DNA from: an uncultured Actinomycetes bacterium
Lineage (GTDB): Bacteria > Actinomycetota > Thermoleophilia > Gaiellales > Gaiellaceae
NCBI GenBank assembly: GCA_963746965.1
Contig: CAVVDH010000001.1
Span: forward strand, 195,269-259,268
DNA length: 64,000 bases
Direction of reading: 5' to 3'
Shown: positions 45,034 through 54,494 of the stretch, one piece after another
How the letters are laid out: each line of letters opens with the position of its first letter
Numbering within the stretch: the stretch's first letter is position 1
Made by a program: the position numbers and the translations under genes
Notes under the pieces: generated by a model
Told to the model about the DNA's origin: nothing
The model's input: the letters and a program-made list of their open reading frames with translations, nothing else
Database searches by the model: none

Positions 45034-45729
45034 GTGGAAAACATCATGTCGAGCAAGCTCTTCAGGACGCGCCAGGGCACGATCTTGCTCGGCGTGGTGG
45101 CGGCAGTGCTGGCGGCGATCGCCCTGGTCGTCTACCTGAACCAGTACCGCAACAGCGTCAACAAGAATTCGGTGCCGCTGCAAGTGCTCGTCGCGAAGAG
45201 CCTGATCCAGAAGGGCACGCCGGGCGACATCGTCGCCTCGACGGCCCTCTACCAGACCAGCCAGGTCGCCAAGAGCCAGGCTCAGACGGGCGCGTTCGTC
45301 GACCCGTCGGAGCTCGCCGGCAAGGTGGCGCTGACGGACATCTACCCGGGCCAGCAGCTGACCCAGGCGGACTTCGGCACCAGCACGGGCTCGGTCTCGC
45401 AGGAGCTGCAGCGCGGGCAGCGGGCCGTCGTCGTCCCGCTCGACTCGCCGTCCGAGGTGGGCGGCCAGGTCACGGCGGGCGACCACGTGGACGTCTGGGT
45501 GCTGATCACCCAGGCCAACGGGAATCCGGTCGTCCGCGAGATGCTCCAGAACATGTACGTGCTGGGAACCAACTCGGACGGCAACGTGACCATCCGGGCG
45601 ACGCCCTCGCAGGCCGGCAAGCTGATCTTCGCCAGCGGAAACGCGAAGATCTGGCTCACCCTCCGGCCGACGGTCGGCTCCGTGACGAAGCCGCCGCTCA
45701 TCACCTCGAATTCGCTGCTGGGACGGTGA
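45034..45729 (+). CDS. cpaB: Flp pilus assembly protein CpaB/RcpC
   Basis: GGAGGAGG SD 5 nt before the GTG. N-terminal TM helix ILLGVVAAVLAAIALVVYL, then a SAF-like and an RcpC-like region (VLVAKSLIQKGT..., AVVVPLDSPSEVGGQVTAGDHVDVWV). Confidence 0.85.
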   Translation: MENIMSSKLFRTRQGTILLGVVAAVLAAIALVVYLNQYRNSVNKNSVPLQVLVAKSLIQKGTPGDIVASTALYQTSQVAKSQAQTGAFVDPSELAGKVALTDIYPGQQLTQADFGTSTGSVSQELQRGQRAVVVPLDSPSEVGGQVTAGDHVDVWVLITQANGNPVVREMLQNMYVLGTNSDGNVTIRATPSQAGKLIFASGNAKIWLTLRPTVGSVTKPPLITSNSLLGR

Positions 45730-45730
45730 C

Positions 45731-46918
45731 ATGGACGACACGATTCGCATCCTCGTAACCCTCGCCGAGCACGCCGACTCCTCGCTCGTCGAGTCGGCCC
45801 TCCAGGGCGAGGCCTCGCTCGAGGTCGTCGGGTACGCCGACTACCTCGACGACTGGCGGGACTTCCTCGCGCAGCAGTCCGACGTCGTCATCGTCGGTTG
45901 CTCCGCCAACGACGACGGGGCGACGCTGATGGTCGACCGCGCCGTGAAGCATCGGCCGGACCGGCCGGTGGTCGTCCTGTGCGAGGCGCCGGCGAACGGC
46001 TTCCTGCGCCAGGCGTTCGAAGCCGGGGCGGACGACGTGATCACCCTCCCGCAGGCCCCGCAAGAGGTCGCGTTCACGCTCCAGAAGGTGATCGCGCGCC
46101 GCAAGGGGCTCTCCATCCCGGGCAAGCCGCACGCGCCGCTCATCGCGATCCTCGGCCCCAAGGGCGGCACCGGCAAGACGCTGATCGCGACGAACCTGGC
46201 GGTCGCTCTCGCCCAGCGCGACGCGAACGTCGTCCTCGTCGACCTCGACCTGCAGTTCGGCGACATCGGCCTCGCTCTCGGGCTCTCGCCCGAGCGGACG
46301 ATGTACGACCTGATGAAGGCGGGCCCGCCCTTCGACCACGAGAAGCTCGACCGGCACCTGATTCGCCATTCGTCCGGCGTCAAGGTCCTGATCGCGCCGA
46401 CGCGGCCGGACCAGGCGAGCGCCGTCTCGATCGACTACCTCCGCGACATCTACGCCTCGCTGCGGACGATGTCGGACGCGGTGATCGTCGACACGCCTCC
46501 CGGGTTCACCCCCGAGGTGATCGCGACGATCGACGTGTCCACCGAGGTCTGCATGGTCGGGATGCTCGACTCGCTCTCGCTCAAGAACACGAAGCTCGGT
46601 GTCGAGACTCTGGACTTGATGGGCTACGACGCGGAGCGGGTGGCACTCGTCCTCAACCGGGCCGACTCGCGCGTCGGGATCACCCCCGACGACGTCTCGG
46701 CGATCGTCGGCCGGACGCCGGACGTGTTCGTCCCGAGCGACCGCGAGATCCCGCGCTCGATCAACGAGGGGACTCCGATCGTCGCCGTGAAGCCGGCCTC
46801 CGGGGCGGCCAAGGCGTTCCGCACGCTCTCCGACCGGTACGCGAAGGCTGCCTCGCCGGTCGCCCCCGCGGCGAAGTCGTCGGCGGGCAAGCGGACGCTG
46901 ATCGGGCGGAGACGCTGA
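45731..46918 (+). CDS. tadZ: TadZ/CpaE: pseudo-receiver domain + ParA/MinD-like ATPase
   Basis: 395 aa. Deviant Walker A ILGPKGGTGKTLIATNLA, VVLVDLDLQFGD. The N-terminal receiver-like fold lacks the phospho-acceptor Asp. Confidence 0.9.
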   Translation: MDDTIRILVTLAEHADSSLVESALQGEASLEVVGYADYLDDWRDFLAQQSDVVIVGCSANDDGATLMVDRAVKHRPDRPVVVLCEAPANGFLRQAFEAGADDVITLPQAPQEVAFTLQKVIARRKGLSIPGKPHAPLIAILGPKGGTGKTLIATNLAVALAQRDANVVLVDLDLQFGDIGLALGLSPERTMYDLMKAGPPFDHEKLDRHLIRHSSGVKVLIAPTRPDQASAVSIDYLRDIYASLRTMSDAVIVDTPPGFTPEVIATIDVSTEVCMVGMLDSLSLKNTKLGVETLDLMGYDAERVALVLNRADSRVGITPDDVSAIVGRTPDVFVPSDREIPRSINEGTPIVAVKPASGAAKAFRTLSDRYAKAASPVAPAAKSSAGKRTLIGRRR

Positions 46919-48273
46919 TGGACCTGCACGAGCGTCTCAACACGTCGACGCCGGTACCTGCGACGAAGGACCCGTACGCCGAGGTCAAGAGCCGCGTCCA
47001 CTTCACGGTCATCGGCGACCTCGGACCGCAGCTCTACAACGTCAACATGGACCCGGACGACCTGCGCGAGCGGGTCCTCGCCGACGTCCGCGACCAGCTC
47101 GCACAGGAGACCGGGATCTCACGCGACGACCGGGCGCGGATCGCGCTCGAGATCGCCGACGACATCCTCGGCCACGGCCCGCTCGAGCGGCTGCTCGCCG
47201 ACGACAGCGTGACGGAGATCATGGTCAACGGCCCGCACGAGATCTGGATCGAGCGGAACGGCCGGATCTTGCCCAGCGAGGTCCAGTTCAACGACGAGTG
47301 GCACCTGCGCCGGATCATCAACAAGATGGTCGCCCAGGTCGGTCGTCGCATCGACGAGTCGACGCCGATGGTCGACGCACGGCTGCCCGACGGCAGCCGC
47401 GTCAACGCCGTGATCCCGCCGCTGTCGCTCAGCGGTCCACTGATCACGATCCGGAAGTTCAGCCGGAAGCGGCTGACACTCGACGACATGATCAAGCTGG
47501 GAACGCTCAACCAGGAGGCGGTCGAGTTCCTGCAGCGCTGCATCCGCGCCCAGCTCAACATCCTCATCTCGGGCGGGACCGGCTCGGGCAAGACGACGCT
47601 GCTGAACGCGCTCTCGACCTCGATCCCGGACGAAGAGCGGATCGTGACGATCGAGGACGCGGCCGAGCTCCGGCTCAACCAGACGCACGTGCTGCGGCTC
47701 GAGTCGCGGCCGAGGGATCTGGCGGGCGAGAACGAGGTCCCGATCCGGGCGCTCGTGCGGAACTCGCTGCGCATGCGGCCCGACCGGATCATCGTCGGCG
47801 AGGTTCGCGGTGCCGAGGCTCTCGACATGCTGCAGGCGATGAACACGGGTCACGACGGCTCGCTGTCGACGATCCACGCGAACAGCCCGCGCGACGCGCT
47901 CGCCCGCCTCGAGACGATGGTGCTCATGGCCGGCTACGACCTGCCGGTGCACGCGATCCGCGAGCAGGCCTCGTCGGCTCTCGACGGCATCATCCACCTC
48001 GAGCGGCTCGAGGACGGCTCCCGTCGCGTCACCTCGGTCACCGAGGTGCAGCGGATGGAGTCGGACGTGATCACGCTCCAGGAGCTGTTCAAGTTCCAGA
48101 TCGACGAGGTCACGCGCGACGGCACCATCGTCGGCGGCCTCCGCCCGACGGGCCTGCGGCCGAACTTCCTGCAGAAGTTCGAGAAGCGGGGCATCGCCCT
48201 GCCGCTCGGCCTCTTCCAGACGCACGAGCCGGAGTTCGGCGGCGCGGCAGCCGTCGGGACGGTCGGCCGGTGA
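46918..48273 (+). CDS. tadA: TadA/CpaF secretion ATPase
   Basis: ATG 46918 (ATGA-type overlap with tadZ). SVTEIMVNG, Walker A ISGGTGSGKTTLLNAL, IVTIEDAAEL, RMRPDRIIVGEVRG, GHDGSLSTIHAN. Confidence 0.95.
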   Translation: MDLHERLNTSTPVPATKDPYAEVKSRVHFTVIGDLGPQLYNVNMDPDDLRERVLADVRDQLAQETGISRDDRARIALEIADDILGHGPLERLLADDSVTEIMVNGPHEIWIERNGRILPSEVQFNDEWHLRRIINKMVAQVGRRIDESTPMVDARLPDGSRVNAVIPPLSLSGPLITIRKFSRKRLTLDDMIKLGTLNQEAVEFLQRCIRAQLNILISGGTGSGKTTLLNALSTSIPDEERIVTIEDAAELRLNQTHVLRLESRPRDLAGENEVPIRALVRNSLRMRPDRIIVGEVRGAEALDMLQAMNTGHDGSLSTIHANSPRDALARLETMVLMAGYDLPVHAIREQASSALDGIIHLERLEDGSRRVTSVTEVQRMESDVITLQELFKFQIDEVTRDGTIVGGLRPTGLRPNFLQKFEKRGIALPLGLFQTHEPEFGGAAAVGTVGR

Positions 48274-50153
48274 AACGGGTCCTCATCCTCCTCGTTGCGG
48301 CCGCCCTCGCCGCCGGCGTCCTCGCCGGCGGCGCGGGAGCGGCCGGCTCCTCGGGCGTGCGCCTGACCCCGGTCAAGGGGTCCGCGTTCCCGCAGCGGGC
48401 GTTCGTGGTGTCCCTGCCGAGCGAGCGCAAGCTGACGGCCGGCGACGTCCAGGTGACGGAGAACGGCGGCCCGGTGGCCGAGGAGAGGCTCGTGCCCGCG
48501 AGCGAGGCGTCGAAGCAGGCGTTCGGCGTCGTCCTCCTCCTCGACACGAGCTGGAGCATGCGCGGCCAGCCGATCGCGGCCGCGTTCGACGCGGCGCGTG
48601 CGTTCGCGGCCCGCCGGAACCCGCACGAGCAGCTCGGAGTGATCGAGTTCAACCGCGAGACGACGACGGCCGGACAGCTCACGACCTCGAAGGGCGCGAT
48701 CTCCACCGTCCTGGCCCAGAAGCCCCATATCTCGACCGGAACGCACATCTTCGACTCGGTCGCACAGGCCGAGAAGATGCTGACCGACGCCAACATCGCG
48801 TCCGGCTCGATCGTCGTCCTCTCCGACGGCGCGGACACGGGCAGCTCGACGACGATCGACCAGGTGGCCCGCACCGCGCGCAACGCCCACATGCGGATCT
48901 ACACGATCGGCCTCGAGGACAAGAGCTACAGCGCGAAGACGCTCAAGGCGCTCGCGGCGGCCGGTCAGGGCCAGTACGCGCAGGCGAAGGCGGGCGACCT
49001 CGCCCAGCTCTTCGACAGGCTCAGCCGGCAGATCTCGAACGAGTACCTCCTCGACTACAAGTCGCTCGCCGGCCCGGACCAGGCCGTCCACACGGCGATC
49101 AGCGTCTCGGGGTTCGGGACGACCGCCGTCGACTACCGGACGCCGTCGCTGGCCGTGAACGGCACGACGGACAAGGTGTTCAAGCGCTCGGTCTTCGACC
49201 GTGTCATCAACTCGTGGATCACGATGGTCGTCCTCGCTCTCGTCGCGGCCCTCGTCGTCATGTTCCTCGTGATCGCCCTGCTCGCGCCGAAGCGGAGCGG
49301 CTTGCCCGCGCGCATGGCCGAGTTCGTCTCGATCCGCGCCCTCCAGCAGGACCGGGGAGCCGGAGCCGGAGCCGCCGACGAGGAGGCCGACGGCGAGGAG
49401 CGGGAGGACACCTACTGGGGGCGCCTGGGCGAGACGCTCGAGATCGCCGACATCGACTTCGCGCCCGAGGTGATCGTGGCCGCGACGGCCGCCGTGACCG
49501 CCCTGGTCTTCCTCCTCATCTGGGCCGGCACGGGATCGCCGTGGTGGGCCCTCTTCGCCCTCGTCATTCCGTACCTCGCGCGGGAGTGGATCATCCGCAC
49601 GCTCGCGCGCCGTCGCAAGCGGTTCGCCGAGCAGCTGCCGGACGCGCTCCAGGTGATCGCATCCGCGCTCCGCTCGGGCCACAGCTTCGCCGGCGCGCTC
49701 GCCGTCGTGGTCGAGAGCTCGGCGGAGCCGATGAAGAGCGAGATGCAGCGGGTGGTGGCCGACGAGCAGCACGGCGTGCCGGTGCAGACGTCGCTCGCGA
49801 TCGTCGCCGAGCGGATGGCGAGCAAGGACCTCGAGCAGCTCGCGATGGTGGCGGAGCTGCAGCGGGAGGCCGGCGGCAACGCGGCCGAGGTGATCGACCG
49901 CGTCGCCGAGACGGTGCGCGAGCGGTTCGACCTGCGGCGGCTCATCCAGACGCTGACGATGCAGGGCCAGATGACGCGCTGGATCGTCTCTGCGCTCCCG
50001 ATCGGCATCGTGCTGATCCTCCAGGTCGAGAACCCCCACTATCTCCACCCGCTCGTCGCGTCGACCGCCGGCAAGATCGGGCTCGGGCTCGCCGTCGCCT
50101 GGGCGGTCTTGGGGTCGTTCGTGATCAAGCGAATCATCGAGATCGAGGTGTGA
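48270..50153 (+). CDS. tadB: Fusion protein: signal/anchor + von Willebrand A domain + TadB (T2SSF-type platform) domain
   Basis: GTG 48270 overlaps the tadA stop (GTGA). VKRVLILLVAAALAAGVLAGGAGAAG; VWA with MIDAS residues LLLDTSWSM, STGTHIF, VVLSDGADTG; a TM helix at about residue 315; then T2SSF motifs LPDALQVIASALRSGHSFAGAL...QGQMTRWIVSALPIGI. Confidence 0.85.
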   Translation: MKRVLILLVAAALAAGVLAGGAGAAGSSGVRLTPVKGSAFPQRAFVVSLPSERKLTAGDVQVTENGGPVAEERLVPASEASKQAFGVVLLLDTSWSMRGQPIAAAFDAARAFAARRNPHEQLGVIEFNRETTTAGQLTTSKGAISTVLAQKPHISTGTHIFDSVAQAEKMLTDANIASGSIVVLSDGADTGSSTTIDQVARTARNAHMRIYTIGLEDKSYSAKTLKALAAAGQGQYAQAKAGDLAQLFDRLSRQISNEYLLDYKSLAGPDQAVHTAISVSGFGTTAVDYRTPSLAVNGTTDKVFKRSVFDRVINSWITMVVLALVAALVVMFLVIALLAPKRSGLPARMAEFVSIRALQQDRGAGAGAADEEADGEEREDTYWGRLGETLEIADIDFAPEVIVAATAAVTALVFLLIWAGTGSPWWALFALVIPYLAREWIIRTLARRRKRFAEQLPDALQVIASALRSGHSFAGALAVVVESSAEPMKSEMQRVVADEQHGVPVQTSLAIVAERMASKDLEQLAMVAELQREAGGNAAEVIDRVAETVRERFDLRRLIQTLTMQGQMTRWIVSALPIGIVLILQVENPHYLHPLVASTAGKIGLGLAVAWAVLGSFVIKRIIEIEV

Positions 50154-50157
50154 TGCC

Positions 50158-51072
50158 GTGATTGCTCTGCTCATTCTTGGTCTCTTGCTCGTCGGCGCCG
50201 CCGTCGCGCTGCTGTCGCGGTCGTTGATCGTCGCGCGGCTGCGGGCCAGCGACACGCTCTTGCAGATCGGGCGCTACGGCTTCGCGGGTCGCGCCGCCTC
50301 CGAGCCCGGCGCGGGCCTCCGTCACTACGCCGGCTCGGTCGCCGAGAACCTGGGAAGCCTGCTCACCGAGCAGCTGCGGTTCGTCGACGAGAAGCGCCTG
50401 CGGAAGACGCTCGTGGCGGCGGGCATGCACGACACGTCCCCGAACATGGTCGTCGGCACCTCGCTCATCACGGCCGTCGCGCTGCCGGCGATCTGGATCT
50501 GGATCGCCGTGGCAACCGGCACCTCGACGTCGATCACGCTCCTCGTCACCCTCTTCGTCGCGGCCATCGGCTGGTTCGCGCCGGGCTTCGCGGTGCAGCG
50601 GCGGGCGGAGAACCGTCTCTACCGGATCGACCGCGCGATGCCCGAGCTGATCGACCTCCTCGTCGTCATGGTCGAGGCGGGCCTCAGCCTCAGCGCCGCG
50701 CTGCAGCTCTCGGGCGAGCGGTTGAAGGGGCCGCTCGGCGAGGAGCTCCGGATCGTGCTCCAGGAGCAGCGCATGGGTCTCAGCCCCGTCCAGGCGCTCG
50801 AGAACATGGTCGGCCGGACGCCGACGCCGGCGGTCGAGTCGTTCGCCCGCGCGATGATGCAGGGCGAGCTGCTCGGCGTGTCGGTCGGGCAGATCCTGCG
50901 CAGCCTCGCGATCGAGATGCGCAAGCGGCGGCGGGCGCAGGCCGAGCAGCAGGCGCAGAAGGCGCCGATCAAGATGCTCTTCCCGCTCGTCTTCATGATC
51001 TTCCCCGCCCTGTTCGTGGTCATCCTCGGCCCCGCGCTGGTCTCGATCTTCCACGCGCTGAGCAACCGATGA
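50158..51072 (+). CDS. tadC: TadC (T2SSF-type platform protein)
   Basis: 304 aa. MPELIDLLVVMVEAGLSLSAALQ, QEQRMGLSPVQAL, KAPIKMLFPLVFMIFPALFVVILGPA. Confidence 0.9.
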   Translation: MIALLILGLLLVGAAVALLSRSLIVARLRASDTLLQIGRYGFAGRAASEPGAGLRHYAGSVAENLGSLLTEQLRFVDEKRLRKTLVAAGMHDTSPNMVVGTSLITAVALPAIWIWIAVATGTSTSITLLVTLFVAAIGWFAPGFAVQRRAENRLYRIDRAMPELIDLLVVMVEAGLSLSAALQLSGERLKGPLGEELRIVLQEQRMGLSPVQALENMVGRTPTPAVESFARAMMQGELLGVSVGQILRSLAIEMRKRRRAQAEQQAQKAPIKMLFPLVFMIFPALFVVILGPALVSIFHALSNR

Positions 51073-51504
51073 GGAGACTTCGCGCACATCCGCCGGGAGG
51101 ACGGCACCGCGCTCGTCGAGTTCGCGCTCGTCCTGCCGATCCTGCTCATGGTCGCGACGGCGATCACGAGCTTCGGCCTGACGTTCTACCGCTACATCAC
51201 GCTCACCGACGCGGTGCGCTCCGGCGCGCGCACGCTCTCGCTCGGGCGCGGGCTCACGGACCCCTGCACGCCTGCGAAAACGCAGACCGTGAACTCGGCC
51301 GTCGACGTCGGCCTCCAGCCGAACCAGGTGCAGATCATCGCGTGAACGGCACACGCGCTGCAGCAACGGAACGACGGCACGGACTGGGTCCAGGGCAACC
51401 AGGCGACCGTGAGCGCCTCGATCCCGTACAGCATCAACATCTTCGGGGTCATCACGGTCAACAACGGCACGCTCACCGCGAGCGCCACCGACGCGATCGA
51501 ATGA
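51069..51504 (+). pseudogene. tadE: TadE-like pseudopilin, disrupted (5' frameshift plus in-frame TGA)
   Basis: ATG 51069 overlaps the tadC stop (ATGA) and reads MRRLRAH. The TadE motif REDGTALVEFALVLPILLMVATAITSFGL lies in the +1 frame from about 51088. That frame hits TGA at 51343-51345, then continues TAHALQQRNDGTDWVQGNQATVSASIPYSINIFGV..DAIE to the stop at 51504. Length = 3n+1. Confidence 0.7.
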
Positions 51505-53113
51505 GCAAGAGGCCGACAGGATCGCTCGCCCGCCGCCTGCGGCAGGAGGGTGGCCAGGTCCTGCCGATGACGGCGCTGCTGATGGTCGTCCTCGTCGGCT
51601 TCGCCGGGCTCGTGATCGACGTCGGCCGCGTCTGGATCGCCCAGCGCCAGCTCCAGAACGCGACCGACGCGACGGCACTCGCGATCGCCCAGAACATGCC
51701 CGACAACTACACGGGCTGGAGCAAGGTCCCGGGCTTCGACGGCGTCTCGCCGAGCAAGAACGCGCTCTTCGGCTATGGCGTCACCGCCGACCCGCCGACC
51801 GTCACGTTCGCCTGCTCGCCGAACGCGCCCGGGTACGACCCGGGGAACAACCCCCCGGCCACGGCCACGTGCCCGCAGGACACGAGCGCGGAGGACCAGC
51901 CGAACAACCTCTGCCGGCCGGGCGACTCTCTGCCGCCGGGGCCGAACGGAGACGGCAGCGCCGGGTGCAACGTCGTGACCGTCTCGGAGAGCGCGACGGT
52001 GAAGTCGACCTTCGCGGCGATCTTCAACTTCGCCCACTTCACGCTGACCGCGAGCTCGACCGCGTCGGCGCCCGACCAGACGATCACGCCGATCGACGTC
52101 GCGGTCGTCGTCGACACGACGGGGTCGATGAACGCTCGAACGCCCGCCGACGTCTGCCCGAGCGTCCGCAACCCGACCAAGCTCGACTGCGTCAAGGCCG
52201 GCGTCCAGGCGCTCCTCCAGACGCTGTACCCGTGCAGGCCGGGCCGCTCCTGCGCCGGTCAGCCGCCGCTCGACAAGGTCGAGCTGCTCATCTTCCCGGG
52301 CCTGACCAACGCGAACCTGATCCCGCGCGAAGAGGACTGCACGCGGAACATGCCCGACAACGGCAAGGCGTACGACGATCCCCAGAACCGGACCGTCAAC
52401 CCGTTCCTGAGCGAGGGCTACACGTTCACCGTCGTGCCGTGGGAGACCTCGTACGCAAACTGGAGCACGGCTCAGGGCAAGTTCGTCCTCAACGCGAACG
52501 ACCCGCTCGTGCGGGCGACGGGGACGGGCAGACTGCGGCCTCGAAGCAGGGCGGTGACACCTCCTACACGTCGGTGCTCCAGACGGCGCAGGACTCGCTC
52601 AACCTGCTCGGCAACGACGGCGCGACCCATGCGATCGTCCTCCTCGGCGACGGCGAGGCGAACTACGGCCCCATCTACACGTCGCCGACCGAGCCGCCGG
52701 CGTCGGCCGAGCGCCGCACCCCGTGCCAGCAGGCCGTGAACGTCGCGCGTGCGGCGGCCGCCGCAGGCACGACCATCTACACCGTCGGCTACTGGTCGCC
52801 ACCGACGCAATTCGGCACGCCGGACGAGGAGACCCAGTGCCTGGGAATGAGCGGTCAGAACGGTTGCCGCCGTATCGAAGCACGCAGCAGTTCGGCAACA
52901 ACTGCACCGAGGTCGAACACGACGAACGCGACCTATCCCTCCGTCTGCCCGGGCAACCACACCACGACCCCGATCCGCGGCTGCTGGACGATGTACAGCA
53001 TCGCGAGCGACCCGGCCAACTTCTACCCCGACGCGAGTGACACGAGTCTCGAGGCGATCTTCCAGCAGATCGGCCAGAACCTCGGAAAGACGCGGCTCAT
53101 AACCTCGCCGTAA
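51501..53113 (+). pseudogene. tadG: TadG-like protein (Tad_N pseudopilin-like N-terminus + VWA domain), one frame disruption
   Basis: ATG 51501 (ATGA overlap). QVLPMTALLMVVLVGFAGLVIDVGRVWIAQRQLQNATDATALAIAQ; VWA VAVVVDTTGSM. The frame changes near 52505-52525 (a G-run, gcgacggggacgggc) to DGQTAASKQGGDTSYTSVLQ..AIVLLGDGEANYG..TIYTVGY..FYPDASDTSLEAIFQQIG. Length = 3n+2. Confidence 0.75.
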
Positions 53114-53118
53114 CGGCC

Positions 53119-53881
53119 ATGACGAAACTCTTCCGCCTCGGTCTCGCGTCGGCGCTGGTCGCCGTCCTCTTCCTGCTCGCCTTCGCGGGTGCCTCGCAGG
53201 CGAAGAACCGCGTCGCCTGGGCGACGCCGCAGGCGATCGCGAAGAAGATCCACGGCTTCATCCCGCAGCTCACGGTCGACAACACGAGCGCGCCCTCGAT
53301 CATCACGTCCACCAAGTGCCACGGCCTCGGCAAGGCGCACAAGAAGGGCAAGGGCAAGAAGGCGGTGCGGAAGTACTCGCGGTTCCGCTGCACGGCCAGC
53401 ACGACACGCGGCCGGTCGGCCGTCTGGGCCCGCGCGCTGCCGGGCGGCAAGTTCTGCGCCAGCAGCACCGGGCTCGCCTCCTGCCCCGCCGCCGCGCCCG
53501 CGGCCGGCGACCCGCGGATCTGCGGCAACCCGCCCGCTCCTCCGACCGCCGACCCGAACAACTGCGTCCTCTCGGCCACGGAGGCATCGGTCAGCCGCGC
53601 CATGAAGGTCTGGTTCAAGAACCCCGACTGGACGCCCGGCCAGGTGCACTGCAAGGGCTCGAACCTCAAGTTCGAGCTGCACCTTCCAGCAGCTCAACGT
53701 CTTCGGCGTCTACTACACGTCGAACATCCGCTTCAAGCTGACGAACGGCGCCTGGGCGGCCACGCTCGCCACGACCGGCGGCAACGGCGGCGCAACGACC
53801 TGCACCGTGCTGCCGAACGCGAAGACCCGGGCGGGCAAGCCCGCCAAGTGGACGACGGGCCCGACCCCCACCTGCACATGA
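53119..53881 (+). pseudogene. Secreted Cys-rich protein of unknown family inside the tad operon, one frame disruption
   Basis: Signal peptide MTKLFRLGLASALVAVLFLLAFAGASQA. About 10 Cys residues. The frame shifts near 53675 (..GSNLKFE | CTFQQLNVFGVYYTSNIRFKLTNGAWAATLATTGGNGGATTCTVLPNAKTRAGKPAKWTTGPTPTCT). The stop overlaps the next ATG (ATGA). Length = 3n+1. Confidence 0.6.
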
Positions 53882-54480
53882 GCGACGCGAGCGCATCCGC
53901 CGTGTCTCCACCGACGCCCGCGCCCGGCGCCACGGCCGCGCGCCCGAAGCGGCCGCTCCCCGAGCTCCTGCCGCGCGGGATGCGCGCCGCCGCCGTGCTC
54001 GCCGTCTCCGCGGCCCTCGTCGCCGCCGACTTCGTCCACTTCGGCGCGAGCGACTGGGCGTTCATCGGGCTCGTGCTCTGCCCGGTGCTCGTGCTCCTGA
54101 CCGCGATCGACCTCGAGCACAGGCTCCTGCCGAACCTCGTCGTGCTGCCGGCGACGCTCGCGGTCGCCGCGGTCGTCGCGGTCTCGCAGCCGCACGCCCT
54201 CGTAGGCCATCTCGCGGCCGGCGTCGCGCTCGGAGGCTTCTTCTTCGCCACCGGCGCGTTCTTCCCCGGCAGCATCGGGATGGGAGACGCGAAGCTCGGG
54301 CTCCTGCTCGGGGTCGCGCTCGGCTCCAAGACCGTTCCCGCGGTGGAGTTCGCGCTCCTCGCAGTCCTGGTCGTCGCGCTGGGGATCGTCGCCAGCCAGG
54401 GCATGTCGGCCCGCAAGAAGGCGATCGCCTTCGGGCCGTTCCTCGCGCTCGGCGCCATCCTCGGCTTCTTCATCGCCTGA
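53878..54480 (+). CDS. tadV: Prepilin peptidase (A24 family, TadV/CpaA-like)
   Basis: ATG 53878. 200 aa, about 5 TM helices. First catalytic Asp region LLTAIDLEHRLLPN and second GMGDAKLGLLLG. Confidence 0.85.
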   Translation: MSDASASAVSPPTPAPGATAARPKRPLPELLPRGMRAAAVLAVSAALVAADFVHFGASDWAFIGLVLCPVLVLLTAIDLEHRLLPNLVVLPATLAVAAVVAVSQPHALVGHLAAGVALGGFFFATGAFFPGSIGMGDAKLGLLLGVALGSKTVPAVEFALLAVLVVALGIVASQGMSARKKAIAFGPFLALGAILGFFIA

Positions 54481-54494
54481 CCGGAGGTTCTTTC

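Noticed and set aside
47934-50255. 773-aa minus-strand ORF antisense to tadA and VWA-tadB
   Set aside because: It is a shadow ORF opposite genes with unambiguous Walker, T2SSF and VWA motifs. The same holds for 47119-48225, 39647-41293, 50134-51678 and 59676-61580.
51343-51345. In-frame TGA in the tadE-like gene as selenocysteine or programmed read-through
   Set aside because: I see no SECIS-like hairpin immediately downstream and no selenoprotein context. The same gene also has a frameshift, and four neighbouring genes are disrupted. Mutation or sequencing error is the simpler explanation.
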